Below are positions 1 through 14,251 of a stretch of DNA of 64,000 nt, one piece after another. A program made the position numbers and the translations under genes. The notes under the pieces were generated by a model. It was not told where the DNA came from. It saw only the letters and a list, made by a program, of their open reading frames with translations, and made no database searches. Each line of letters opens with the position of its first letter. Within the stretch, counting starts at the first letter, position 1. Source of the stretch: Octopus vulgaris (lineage: Eukaryota); the NCBI GenBank assembly GCA_951406725.2, contig OX597821.1:5890001-5954000 (forward strand), written 5' to 3'.

Positions 1-1504
1 AAAGAACACATAAAACGTTGAAGTGGTCACAACTGGAATTTCTTTTTGATGATTGGTCTGTTCGATCAAGGCTGACTAAACAACAGCATTTGTTGCAGCT
101 GAATATTTCAGTTACAATATTTTCGATGCAACAATAGCTTATTTTGCCATTGCTCTTATCAAAGAGTTTGTGATATGTTAATCTTTGATGGGAAACTGCT
201 GATGCTTTTATCATCGTCCAGAAACTTTTGGCTGTTTTAGATGCTACCCTTTTACTGCGGTGTAGGGTTAAACCAAATGGTTTAACTTTCGGTAGTCTTA
301 TAACTGTGTGAAAGGAGAGAGGCATAGGGCTTAGGATATTGAGCTCACACCCATAAGGTTTTGGATTCGATTCCCTGATCAAGCGGCACTTTCCATGTTG
401 CTTTGGCCTACACAACAGAAAATGAATACCAGTTGACTGCTGCTGGAGTCCTCAAGCTGTCACACTCTTGATGTTCAGCTGGACCAAGTAGGGGGGGACC
501 GAGATAATATCTAAGTCTGCTAGCAACTATAAAAGCACCGAAAACAATAAGAAATAATATGGTACACGTTATTTATTCATACTCGCTTGCGTGTTACGGT
601 TATGCGCTTACTCTTTTCTTTTCTTTTTCAGTATCTTCTATTCCTTGTCCTTTCAAACTGAATTTTTTTAATTCTATGTCGTTGTAGTATTGTGAAGTGC
701 GAGTTAATATATTTTCGCCGGCAGATAGTTTCGAAATTTTCTCAATAATACTACTGAATGGTTTGTTGTCATTGTAGTCAATTAGTCACAAGTCAAACTC
801 AATCAAAGGCTTTCTAGCCATAAACATCTGGGATCGAAGCAGGGGTGGGTTCAGACAGTTTACCTAAAATACCCTTCCAATTTAAAAAAATTACACTTCA
901 CCAAATTTTTAGCTGATCGAACGATCAAGTAAAAACTGATTTCTGACTGCGGGTGGATGGTTATTATTAACATATCTTAACCCGACTTACCTGGACACAT
1001 AATGTCTTGATCAAAAAAACAAAAAACGCAATGATCATAGCTACATCACATTCAATCATTTATAGGTGGACTGGATCAGAACTGACCTGGGGTTTGAAAA
1101 CAACGTAGATCTACATAAACAACCATTATATATTCATAGACATCAAAACGTTCTATTATAGCTTACAAGGTCCCATGATGGCTTCCGGCCAAAATATCTA
1201 ACGATGTCGAAAAGTGTGTACTTACAATCTCTAATATCATGTTGTATCTTAGTATGAGGTTGTAACATCAACTCATTTCTGATTGGTTACCGTTACAATC
1301 CAATTATGGTAATTTATGGATGGTTACTGCTAAATTCTATTTACAATAATTTCATTTTAAGGAACTCGTTGACATTTAACCATCACCAATCAATTTTAAG
1401 CCTCGAGTTCACATCCATATATGGATATGTTCAAGTATTTAGATTATACACACACACACACATATATACATACAAACATACATACGTACATACATACAAG
1501 CATA

Positions 1505-1541
<37 letters not shown>

Positions 1542-2013
1542 CATACATATATATAGCACATATACATTTACACACATATATTGGGATACCATTACAAGCA
1601 AATACATACATAATACATACCTACATACATACACACATGCACAGACATACATATACACACGCACGTACATACATACAAATATACATACATACAAACACAC
1701 GCACACATACGTATACACATGCAGGTACGTACATACATACGTAGACAAGCATATACATAAAAGGATAGAAAAAAAAACGGGGAGAAAGATAGATTTAAGA
1801 AGTTTGTATTAAGTAAGAAAGATACGAATCTTATCTCCAAAATAACCCCTGTACTTTTTACTTTTCGTTCCTGAACTTTTATCTGTTTATGTTGGGTTTT
1901 TTTTCCCTCTGCCCACAGCATAAATGACGACTTAGAAGAATTTTATAAGTTTGCTGACCAGGGGAACCCATTGCGCGATACAGGTAACTCTCTTGCTCTC
2001 TAAGAACTGTTAT

Positions 2014-2068
<55 letters not shown>

Positions 2069-3231
2069 GGTTGGTGGTCGTAGGTAGTATCATTTTATAT
2101 TCTATTGTTTGTTCTTTCTCGAGCCACGCCTGGCTCATAAGGGCCGGTTTCCCGGTTTCCTTGGCGGGAACGCCGGTCCGTCGCAGGTGAGCTGCAAGAT
2201 GAAGGAGGAAAGAGTGGGAGAAAGTTGTGGCGAAAGAGTCAGCAGAATTTCGCCATTACTTTCTACCGGAGCCGCGTGGAACTTAGGTGTCATAAACACA
2301 CCCATCGCCCTGTCTGAGATTTGAACACGCGATCCTTCGACCGCGAGTCCGCTGCTCTAATGACTAGGCCATGTGCCTCCACCGGTAGGTAGTATAGTAC
2401 TAGCTGTTGCTGTTTACCTCCAGGTCAACCCTAACTGACCAGACATGAGCCAAGGCGTCGTGGTCATTACAATCCATATTGTTTTTTTAAGAGTTTTCTC
2501 TCTACTTACGACTGCATTCTCCAGTGTTTCTTCTTTTATTTCTTAAGATGTGGTCGGAGGGTTAAGTAGCTGCTATTTCCATCGGTTGAAATGACTATAT
2601 GCACCGAGGTTCCTTCGTTTGTTCGTTTTGAACGTAGTTATCTGTCATAGCGTTGTAAAAGCAGTGAAAATAAAGTGAGATGATACAGAAAACTTTTACG
2701 GAAAAAGACAAATAAACGTGAACTTATAGCCTCTCGTTAGCCATGAATACCAGAAACATCGTAGTTTCAACACGATCATTTTCCCTAATTTACAACTACC
2801 GGATTGTGTTGGCGTTATTTTTAAGGTCTAAACACGCATACTGCATATGTGAGACAACTACCATATCTTTTTATCTTTTACTTGTTTCAGTCATTGAATT
2901 GCGCCCATGCTGGAGCACAGCCTTGGAAGATTTAGTCGAACAAATCGGCCCAAGTACCTATTTTTTTAAGTGTGGCACTTATTCTATCAGTCTCTTTTGC
3001 CGAACCTCTAAGTTACGAGGATGGTAAACAAGCCATTTTTTGTCAAATGCAAAGACTCACACAGATACCTGTATGTATGTATGTATGTATGTATGTATGT
3101 ATGTATGTATGTATGTATGTATGTGTGTATGTATGTATGTATGTATGTATGTGTGCATGTAGGTATGTGTGTATGTATGTATGTATGTATGTGTGTATGT
3201 ATATATGTATGTATGTATGTATGTATGTGTG

Positions 3232-3262
<31 letters not shown>

Positions 3263-3706
3263 GTGCATGTATGTAAGTATAGGCGCAGGTGAAACTGTGT
3301 GATAAGAAGTTTGCTTCCCAACCACATGATTCCGGGTTCAGTATCACTGCGTGGCACCTTGGACAAGTGTCTTCTGTTATAGCCTCGGATCGACCAAAGC
3401 CTTGTGAGTGGATTCGATAGACGGAAGCTGAAAGAATCCTGTCGTATATGCATGTCTGTCAATGTGTGCGTGCGTGCATGCGAACGCGTGTGTGTGTCTT
3501 TGTCTGTGTTTGTCACTCGTCATCACTTGACAACTGGTGTCTGTATGTTTATATTCTCGTAACTTAGTGGTATGGCAAAAGAGACTGATAGAATAAGTGC
3601 CAGTCTTTAAAAAAGATAAGAACTGGGTCGATTCCATCGACTAAAACTCTTCAAGATGGTGCTCCAGTATGGCCACAGTCAAATGACTGAAACAAGTAAA
3701 GAGTAT

Positions 3707-3741
<35 letters not shown>

Positions 3742-3766
3742 TACATATATACTTATATATACAAAT

Positions 3767-3841
<75 letters not shown>

Positions 3842-4148
3842 TTCAAATATACACGCACACCGGATGAAATACTTATATATTCATTTTTTTTTTTGCAAAA
3901 GAATTTTGTTTTATTACGAATGAAAAAGACGAAGAAAAAAATCTTTTAAAAAGTCATAAAAGCACTACAGTAAGGAAAACAAACAAAATATTACATTCCA
4001 AATTACATACAAATACCACAGATTATACGTTGTTGACAAAACATACCCCACTCCGCTAAAGAATCACCCCAAACACCCACAAAAGAAACGGCAATCCCAC
4101 AAAATTAGTCGCCAAAATTTTTGCTGTTTTTGGAAGCGGGGATTTTAA

Positions 4149-4187
<39 letters not shown>

Positions 4188-4210
4188 TACATACATACAT
4201 ACAGACAGAC

Positions 4211-4282
<72 letters not shown>

Positions 4283-5724
4283 TCTTTCCTTTACTTGATT
4301 TTCGTTGCATTGTCTTTCACGTTTGTTGACATTATTATTATTATTATTATTATCAGTATTGAGAGAGCAGTGCATGTCATCAAAATGACACTGGGGTAAA
4401 ATATACAAAACCCACTATACCTATCATGATTACTTGTCTGATAAGGGCACACCAGGCACATGCATCACAACCATATGTGCACGATATGGTGATCTCATAT
4501 CAAGATAAACAGTGCATGACCTTGCAGGTAGGGCCCAGTTAGAATTTTCTTCAGGTTGAGTAGCCCATCCCACTCAAAAGGTCCCTGAATAAGGGATTTT
4601 TAAGGATGTTGAATGAAACACCCATGTTTCCAGAGGTGAATTATCCAAACACCAAATAATTCCTCTCGACACATGGCTATGATGCTCCCCCACTACTTCT
4701 GCTCGTGATCAGAGATGCACATATCGTCAGCCACTAAGGGACATGGTCAACTGGTTATGGTTAAACAACTGACAAGCAAATTTGTGGTATTGAGCAGAAT
4801 ATTTGCTGTAGCCCATCTTTTATGCCAAGACAAAACAATGTTCATGGTAACACTTCCAATCAGTTAAGATGAGAAGCCATGAGAGCCACTGCCTGATATT
4901 GCATCAGGGCAATTATTATTATTGTTTATATTATCATCATCATCATCATTAAGGCGGCAAGCTGGCAGGACCGTTAGCACGACGAGCAAAATGCTTAGCG
5001 GTATTTCATCCGTCGCTACGTTCTGAGTTCAAATTCTGCCAAGGTCAACTTTGCCTTTCATCCTTTTGGGGTAAATAAATTAAGTACCAGTTGAGTACTG
5101 AGGTCAATGTGATCAACTGCCCCCCTCCTCACAAAATTCAGGCCTTGTACCTATAGTAGAAAGGATTATTATTATTATTATACGAAAGAAAAAGACGAAG
5201 AAAATATTTTAAAAAGTCATAAAAGCACTAGTTGCTTTGGTGGAGGTTTGCGCTCTCTTAGTGCTCTTCTTCTTCTTCTTCTTCTTCTTATTATTATTAT
5301 TATTATTATTATTATCATTATTATTATCATTATCATTATTATTAAGGCAACGAGCTGGCAGAATAGTTAGCACACCGGGTGAAATGCTTAGCGGTGTTTC
5401 GTCTGTCACTACGTTCTGAGATCAATTTATACCGAAGTCGACTTAACCTTTCATCCTTTCGGGGTCAATGAATTAAGCCCCAGTGAAATAATGGAATCGA
5501 TGTGATCGATTAGTGCCCTCCTCCACATTTCAGGCCTTCTGCCTATAGTATTATTATAGGCGGCGAGCTGGCAGAATCGTTAGCACATTTCGTCCGTCTT
5601 TACGTTCTGAGTTCAAACTCCGCCGAGGTCGACTTTGCCTTTCATCCTTTCAGGGTCGATAAATTCAGTACCAATTACGCACTGGTACTTATATCAAGCT
5701 TTGTACCTACAGTAAAAAGGATTA

Positions 5725-6088
5725 TTACCTCCGCCTTCGCTCAGGCGGAGGTATTGTTTTGAGTCGTATACGTATGTTTGTTTGTTCGTGGACAAGATAT
5801 CTCAAGAACTGCTGGATGGATTTGGATGAAACTTTCAGGGATGTTTAGCCTCGTGACTGGCACGAACTAATTAGATTTTGGGATGGATCCAGTACCGGAC
5901 AAGGAATCTGGATTATTTTTCCGGGTTTTTTACTTAATTTTTGAGAGCGGTCGGTTTCATTTCTCGTATTCTCGTCTGTGAGAACAATCGAGTTTATTTC
6001 AGATATTCTCATTTTAAAACTCATCTCTGGCTAATCGTTGAAAAGACGATGGTGTTGCCTTAGTGGAGGTTTGTGCTCTCTTAGTGTT
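5725..6088 (+). mobile_element. Helentron-associated non-autonomous element (HINE/DINE-1-like)
   Basis: 5' palindrome acctccgcc...ggcggaggt, a (gttt)n tract, sub-terminal inverted repeat ccttagtggaggt, a 3' hairpin and TT-rich flanks. Three copies in the window. Confidence 0.7.
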
Positions 6089-7522
6089 GTTGTTACTATT
6101 ATCATCATTATTATTATCATTATTATTATTATTATTATTGAAAAGGTGCTGAACTTGCGGAAATGTTAGCACACCGGGGAAAATGCTTAGCGGCATTTCG
6201 CCTGTCTTTATGTTCTAAAGTCAAAACAACACCGCAGTTGACTTAGCTTTCATCTTTTCGGGGTCGATATATCAAGTACCAGTTGAGAAAGATGGTTGAT
6301 GTAATCTACTAGGTGTTCTCCTCAAAAAATTCTGGCCTTCTGCCTATAGTAGAATTATTATTATTATTATTATTAAAGTTCATATATCAATTTTCCGAAG
6401 CCCTTGTTTCCAAAATCTTTCCGGACTAATTTTTCCTAACCAGAGATGGTCATCTCTAAAGAACACAAATATTAGTTACAAGTTTTGGCACAAGGCCAGC
6501 AATTTTGGGGGCGGGGGTAAGCAGATTACATCAACCTCAGTGCTCAACTCGTACTTATTTTATCGACCTACCTCGAAAAGGATGAAAGATAAAGTCGACC
6601 TTGGTGAAATTTGGACGCAAAGACGGACTAAATACCGCTAAGCATTTTGCCCGGTACGCTAACGATTTTGCCAGCTCACCGCTTTACAAATTACACAAAT
6701 GTTGGCTTCAAATCTTGGTACAAGGCCAACAGTTTTGGGAGAGAGATTAAACCGATTATATTGGACCAGTGTTCAACTGGTACTTATTTCATCAAGACCC
6801 TGAAAGATGAAAAGCAAAGTCCACTTCAACGGAATTTTAAATCAGATCGTAAGCACGATAAAAGATCAAAAGTAAAGTCCACCTCGATGGAGTTTGAACC
6901 CAGAACGTGAGCACGATCTAAGCACTCTTCACCAGCGTGCTAACAATTCTGCCAGCTCACCGCCTCACAAATAGCACAAACGGGTTTATTTAAGTAATTA
7001 AATAAGATACAGGACCCTGTACTTTAAAACAAATGACACAAGTTTATTAATACTGCACTGTGCAAAGTACCAGGAATTTGAATTCACAGCTCGTAAATTA
7101 GTGTGGGCACACCCCAGCATCTCATCACCACCATCGTTTTCAATTCTTTTCACCTGAAGTAGCCATATATCTCTTCTACAGCAAGACACTTGTTCCTGTC
7201 TTTCTATCATACTTTAGCCTCTCAACAACTAAAATAAAGCCACCTTCCTTTCGACTATACCCTCCACTCGGTCGAAAGGGCTTCTTCTTTTGCAAATTAC
7301 TTGGTGGCCTTACTACTTTCAGTACACTCTGTAAAGTGGTTGGCGTAAGAAAGGGCATCCAGCATTAGATACTATGCCCAAGCAGATATTAGAGATTGAC
7401 CTGTTAAGGTTATCTTTAAAGGTATTGTATAGAAATTATAACCGGCATTGATTTTTGTTGGGACGTTTCGTATCCGAGACGCCAGATGTAAACAAACAAT
7501 GAGATAGAAAATGAGAAAGGGT

Positions 7523-7576
7523 AACAGGCGTATGCGCCATATTTCGGGAGTTATTGCCCCTTCATCAGCACCCATC
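7523..7576 (-). ncRNA. Type I hammerhead ribozyme motif (third sequence family)
   Basis: GAUGGGUG-CUGAUGA-AGGGG(CAAUAA)CUCCC-GAAA-UAUGGCGCA-UA-CGCCUGUU. Stem I is 8 bp with wobbles, stem II is 4 bp, the triplet is AUA, and stem III has one A-C mismatch. Confidence 0.65.
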
Positions 7577-9315
7577 TAAGCTCTTTTTTCTTCAACATCA
7601 GTTTTTGACAAGTACTTTATTTTATCAACCCCAAAGGATAAAACACAACGTTTACCTTGGCAGGACTTGGACTGAAGACAAAGAGAAACTGAAGACACAC
7701 CACAAAGTATTTTGTCCGTCGCTCTAACAATCTTCCCCTCCACTTCCCTTGAATGGCTTGTTTTTCTTTCTCCCTCTCAAGATCAGGTTTAATATTTTTT
7801 CTCTGTTCTAGACAGAAGAGCCCGAAATTTTAGAGGATGGGGCCAGTCGATCTACCACAGTACGCAACTGGTACTTAATTTATCGACCCCGAAAGGATGA
7901 AAGATATGTAAAAACAGACGAAATACCTATTTCTTTACTACCCACAAGGGGCTAAACACAGAAGGGACAAACAAGGACAGACAAACGGATTAAGTCGATT
8001 ATATCGACCCCAGTGCGTAACTGGTACTTATTTAATCAACCCCGAAAGGATGAAAGGCAAAGTCGACCTCGGCGGAATTTGAACTCAGAACGTAGCGGCA
8101 GACGAAATACCTGTTTTTTACTACCCACAAGGGGTTAAACACAGAGAGGACAAACAAGGACAAACGGATGAAGTTGATTATATCGACACCAGTGCGTAAC
8201 TGGTACTTATTTAATCGACCCCGAAAGAAAGAAATGCAAAGTCGACCTCGGCGGAATTTGAACTCAGAACGTAGACGAAATACCACTAAGCATTTCCCCC
8301 GGCATGCTAACAATTCTGCCAGCTCACCGCCTTCAGATTGAATATATTAATTATGTGATAATTAGCTTGACAATAAAATTGATTTGAAGCCCGAGAAAAA
8401 AGCTAGAAAATTGTCTCAAGCATATAGCCAACTGAATTGATCCCCAAATCTGTCTAGTCTTATATTTAATGGTTCCAAATTTTGGTACGAAGCCAGCATT
8501 TTTTTGTTGTTAGAGGGAGGAGGAGGGAAGTCGGTTACATCGATCCAGTTGCTCCAATGGGATTCATTTAATAGCATCCGGAACAATAGAAGACAAAATC
8601 TACTTCGATGGAATTCGAACGCAGGACATTAAAAAGCCAGGAGAAATGCCGCTGAGTATTTTGATTTCTGTTTATAATTCCATTCGGGTTAGGGATGGAG
8701 GGTATGAATTCTACTCCATTCCTTTCACTCCCACCCGAACACTTGAAGGGCAGTTTATTTTACTGACCCAGGAAGGATCTTTTATCTTGTATTTGTTTTG
8801 GTCACTAGATAGCGGCCATACTGGGGCACCAGCTTGAAGAATTTATAGTCGAATGAATCGATCCCAGTACTTTTCTATCGGCCTCTTTTGCACAAACTGC
8901 TAATTCACTGTGGGGTTAAACAAACCAACACCGGTTGTCAAGCGATAGTAGGTGACAAACACACACACAAACACATACATATATACGTGTATATATATAT
9001 ATACGTACATGCATACATACAAACGTGTATAAGTATGTGTGTATTTATGTGTACTCTCATCTTGGCATCATGTGAGGAATGTAAACGAGCATCACAGTCA
9101 TGCAAGCGGTGTTGTTCGTTTCCATGAAAAAAAAAATACATGGGGAAATATTATCACCTTGCTTGGAAACAGGGAAGGGTTGGCAACAGGAAAGGCTTCC
9201 GGCCGAAGAAAAGCTGACTCAACAAAATTCTGAGACCCGTACAAGCAATGAAGAAGTGAATCCTAAGCGACGACGACGACGATGATGATGATGATGATGG
9301 TGATCATGATGATGG

Positions 9316-9399
<84 letters not shown>

Positions 9400-11352
9400 C
9401 ACCAATACCAGGAAGGTTGTTGTGTACATTAAAAGACAAAGCAAAAGAATAATTCTTCAACCCTGCATTGATTCCATTTGACCAAAAAGGAAAGAACTGG
9501 GGAGCAATGGCGGAAGGACCAGAGTGAGTGAGCAGGGGAGTATATTAATATGTTGAATCAAGTAGAAAGGGTCAAATATAATCAAAATATTTATAATAGA
9601 TAACATTTTTAAAATCATAAGAAAAAAGTGAAAGAAAATAGATGAGAATGAAGTAAAGAGAGAGGGGAAGAGACAGAGACAGACAGATCAGGAGAATGAA
9701 GACTTTATTTTTTCTTGAAGGTCATGCCAGTAATAATGGTTTCGAATTTTGGCACAAGGCCAGCAATTTTAAGGGAAGAGTTTTAGTCGATTACATCGTC
9801 CCTAGGACTTTACTAGTACTTTATTTTATGAAAGAATGAAAGATAAAGTTAACCTCAGCAGGATTTGAACCTAGAACGAAATGAGAGGGAAGAAAAGCCA
9901 CTCGATATTTTATCTGATGTGCTTACAACTCTGCCAGCTCGCCACCTTAGTCACGGCAATAATAATAATTGTATAAGTCGGTGAGCTGGCAGAAACGTTA
10001 GCAGGCCGGGCGCAATGCTTTGCAGCATTTCATCTGTCTTTATGTTCTGAGTTCAAATTCCTTTCGGTGTCGATAAATTAAGCACCAGTTGCGTACTGGG
10101 GTTGATCTAATCGATTAACCCCCTTCCCCAAAATTTCGAGCCTTGTGCCTAAAGCAGAAAAGAATAATAACGTTGTATAAGGCGGCGAGCTGGCAGAAAC
10201 GTTAGCACGCCGGGAGAAACGCTTTGCGGTATTTCGTCTGTCTTTACGTTCTGAGTTCAAATTCCACCGAGGTCGACTTGGCTTTTCATCCTTTCGGAGT
10301 CGATAAATTATGTACCAGTTGCGTACTGGGAATTGATCTAATCGACTGGCCTCCTCACCCAAAATTTCGGGCTTTGTGCCTAGAGTAGAAAAGAATAACA
10401 TTGTATGCGAAAGTAGTTGGTTTTCGGTAGACTCAATATATTCTGCAAATGACTAAAGAAAAAGGATGACAGTGTTGGCCTATTTTATGTGAAATTTTGG
10501 TATGTATTACGCAGCACTTTTGAAATGTAAAATGTATTATGTATTTTCCAAGAACAGAAACAAGGTCAAAGACAACGCCGAGTAACGCAAGCTCTAGCTA
10601 TGCCTCTGCTACGACCTTAATGGTACTGTATTTGGTTAATGACACCCTCAATTTGGTCTGTAAAAATAAAAAGAAAAGAAAAGCAAACCATCCTGAGTAG
10701 AATTGGGGGTGGGGGATGAAGGGTGATACTTTAAAAGAATATTATGTTTTGTGGGGTGGGAATAGGAGTAAACTCAAGGACGTCCCTGGCTGACACAAAC
10801 TTGAGCTATGCCACTGATGTAAACCCAATAATATTTTAAGTGCTTGGTAACTTCTACCCTCATCATGATAACTGGCACACCGTTGGTTACAACAATGAGG
10901 ATTCCAGTTGATCTGATCAACGGAACATCCTGCTCGTGAAATTAACATGCATGTGCCTGAGCACTCCACAGACATGTGTACTCTTAATGAAGTCCTCAGG
11001 GAGATTCAACGTGACACAGTCTGACACGGCTGGCCCTTTGAAATACAGGTACCACTCATTTTTGCCAGCTGAGTGGACTGGAGCAACGTGAAATAAAGTG
11101 CCTTACTCAAGGACACAACATGTCACCAAGAATCGAACCCACGACCTTATGGACGTGAGCCGAGTGCCCTTAACCACTAAGCCACGCGCTTTCACTTCCT
11201 CATCATGATAAAACCAAAAGGACAACAGGTATGGATTAGGTTTACCTCATCATATGGGGACCTAATCCATACTGGATGTCCTTGTAGTTTTAGCAAATCA
11301 TTCACTAGAATTACAATGGAACAAATCGTTTTTATTTTGAGCAATGTCTTAA

Positions 11353-11526
11353 CCCTTTAGCATTCTAACTGGCCATATCCAGCACAAATATTCTTGCATC
11401 TACCCTGCAATGTCATTCTAAAAATGAACAATCTTATTTTCGAAATCCCAAAGCTACAAAGTAATAGAGCAAAGAAATGTGAATAAATAAGAATTACATC
11501 AGACAAAGTAATCTGAATGCTAAAGG
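11353..11526. mobile_element. piggyBac-type MITE family A
   Basis: TTAA|ccctttagcattc...gaatgctaaagg|ttca. Related copies at about 30640-30789, 35017-35125 plus 36216-36894 (split), and an end at about 51280-51317. Confidence 0.75.
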
Positions 11527-12639
11527 TTCAAGACAAGAAGTGGACCTGCAAAAGTTGCTACTGTTACTATTACAGATATTTACTGCAGACCTGCTACCCA
11601 AGTAGACACACCAAACAAAGGATAAATTACTCATACTGGGGTATTTAGGGGTACTCATAGAGGATATTTAGTGCTACTGTCCAAATATTCTACAGTGTAA
11701 AAGTTCAAGCCGATAAATCAGTCCCAGCCTGCTTCTGTAGTTTTGACCACGATCCTAGTAAGAAACAAGGGTGGTGTTATGACTAGTGTAACAATTCTGG
11801 TCGGTGTACCAGGTGCTGATGTCACTCAAGGAACATGGATGTTAGGCAATGCCCTTCACACTGCCTCTAGGAATGCATTACATGGAGAACATTCTGGTGC
11901 TCCCAAATAACTGCCATGCTTCAAGACTCTTCAGTAGATTTCAGATATTCTTTTATTTGTTTCAGTCATTAGACTGCAGCCATACTGGGGCACCACCTTC
12001 AAGGGTTTTTTCATCACCACCATCATCACCGTCGTCGTCGTCGTTTAACATCCGCTTTCCATGCTGGTATGGGTTGGACGGTTTGACTGAGGACTGGTGA
12101 GCCACAAGGCTGCACCAGGCTCAATCTAATCTGGCAAAGTTTCGACAGCTGGATGCCCTTCCTAACGCCAACCACTCCAGGTGGTTCTGGCAACGACCAC
12201 GTTCAAAAGGTATTTTGTACATGCTACCTGCATGGGAGCCAGTCCGGCGGCACTGGCAACGACCACGCTCGAAAGTTGTTTTTCACGTGCCACTGGCACA
12301 TGTGCCGGTAAGGCGACGCTGGCAACGATCATGCTCGAATGGTGCTTTTTACATACGACCAGCATGGGAGCCAATCCGTGGCCCTGGCAACGATCACGCT
12401 CAGATGTGCTTTTAACGTTCCACTGGCACAAGTGCCAATCGGGCAGTACTGTCATCGGCTACGTCAGCGAATTTGGTTTGATTTCACTTGCCTCAATAGG
12501 TCTTTGCAAGCAAGGTTTAGTCGAAAGAACTCAACCTCACTACTAATCAAGAATGTTTGAAGAAAACTTTGCTTAGGCCAGGCCAGACCATAACCCACAA
12601 TAGGGTCTTGAGCCAAAGAGAAAGAATCACAATGAGATC

Positions 12640-12729
12640 ACTCAATCTGCTAGAAATAACAGCCAAATCTCCCTCGATTCACACTCTACCTGCCTTGAAA
12701 TATGAAGGATGCATTGGACATTGCAGTAG

Positions 12730-12782
<53 letters not shown>

Positions 12783-12865
12783 AAAATATTGGATAGTCAT
12801 GGCCAGGACAACTTTGATCATATGTCTGCTCTATTAGGACTTACCTAACCATAAACAGCAACAGA
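12640..12865 (+). repeat. Old interspersed repeat family with (AAC)-like tail
   Basis: Motifs ctgctagaaata/cagc.ccaaatc...ggatggtcatgg...tttgatca...aaacaac recur at about 42040-42200, 45985-46390, 47565-47630 and 55865-56045. Confidence 0.55.
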
Positions 12866-12939
12866 ACACTGAGAAAACAAACAACACACTTACACACACA
12901 CAAATATAAAGAACTGAAAGTTTCCAACAGGTTACACAT

Positions 12940-13620
12940 CTCTTAAAACAAAAATTCTTCAAAGAAAATGTTCACAAAAAAATCCCATTTATTTGTAGTT
13001 TATTTTGTTTTGTATTTTTCTTAAATTATTATTTTTTTCTTTGTATTTGTATTTTTTTCAAAATTTATTTATTTAGCATTATATTTATTTTTTAAAAGTT
13101 TTGATTTCATTTTTTTCTTTTTTTTTTGTTTCGTTTTCAAAGGGGGGGGGCGGGGCTGGTTGCTTTGCATTTTGTTGTGGGTAATGCATTTCATTTCATT
13201 TCAATTTTTTGTTTTTAGTATTTTCTTCATTTGTTTGTTTGTTTGTTTTTTTTCTTTTAATTCCTTGTAAAATTCTTTAAAACATAAGTTTCTTGTTATG
13301 CCGCTGGCTAAAGTTTGAGGATACACACACACACCCACATACACAAACACACCGAAAAAAAAAAAAAATAATAATAATAATAATAATAAATAAATAAATA
13401 AATAAAATAAAATAAAAATTAAACATAAAATAAAAACACAGTAAAAATTTTTGAAGTATATAAAAAAATTATCTGTGTAGCTCAAAGTAAGATTTGAACC
13501 CTGCTTCAAAAGTAGCTATCTTTTTTTCTTTTTGCTTTTATCCTCACTGGATAGAAAGAGGGGCTTTAGTTGTAGATTGAGTGTTTTGTGTTTGTTTGTT
13601 TGTAGTTTTTTTTGTTATTT
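12940..13620 (-). other. CARNMT1: Probable CARNMT1 3' UTR with candidate poly(A) signals
   Basis: A/U-rich sequence without recognisable TEs follows the stop codon. Minus-strand AATAAA occurs at 12999-13004 and 12988-12993, followed by U/GU-rich sequence (tttttttgtg, tttttgtttt). The 3' end is inferred. Confidence 0.5.
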
Positions 13621-13722
13621 TTAGGCTGGTTTTCGAGCAACAAAGAACACACTTTCATATTGATACTGCAGCATAGATCTCGGATTTTGGGTGTATGTCG
13701 TTTTCACACCGGTCTCTTCTTT
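13621..13722 (-). CDS. CARNMT1: Terminal coding exon of carnosine N-methyltransferase (CARNMT1/C9orf41/UPF0586 family)
   Basis: The minus-strand acceptor ttattcttttccag is followed by a phase-0, 102-nt frame KEETGVKTTYTQNPRSMLQYQYESVFFVARKPA* ending in TAA at 13621-13623. It aligns without gaps to the human CARNMT1 C-terminus as I recall it ([33 protein letters not shown]), sharing TYT.N..SM..Y.YE.V.FV.RKP. Confidence 0.9.
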   Translation of the reverse strand, partial: KEETGVKTTYTQNPRSMLQYQYESVFFVARKPA

Positions 13723-14220
13723 CTGGAAAAGAATAAATTAAGATAAATTAGAATTTATGATAATGCATTCAAATAATTTGTTTTTGTTTTTGTTTTTTTT
13801 TGCAATCAATTACATGCTAAATGATTAAAAGAATCATGGCTCTGCGGTAAAGAAGTTTGCTTCCCAACCATGTGGTCTTCGGTTCATATCCCACGGCATG
13901 GCACCTCGGGCAAGAGTCCTTTGCAACAGCTACAGGCGAAGCAAAGCCTTGTTAATGGAACTGGTAGGCAAAAAACTGAAAGAAGCTCTTCATGTGTGTG
14001 AGTGTGTGTATACTCTTTACTCTTTTACTTGTTTCAGTCATTTGACTGCGGCCATGCTGGAGCACCGCCTTTAGTCGGCCAAATCGACCCCGGGACTTAT
14101 TCTTTGTAAGCCCAGTACTTATTCTATCGGTCTCTTTTGCCAAACCGCTAAGTGATGGGGACGTAAACACACCAGCATCGGTTGTCAAGCAATACTAGGG
14201 GGACAAACACAGACACACAA

Positions 14221-14251
<31 letters not shown>

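Noticed and set aside
4354-4911. Segment between (TTA)n tracts with minus-strand CUGACGA
   Set aside because: It is probably an interspersed repeat but single-copy here, and it has no GAAA core or stem I, so it was not called as a ribozyme.
11527-11556. Minus-strand acceptor followed by GPLL, resembling the CARNMT1 GPLLYHF exon
   Set aside because: It lies downstream of the terminal exon, diverges after four residues and hits a stop in a MITE.
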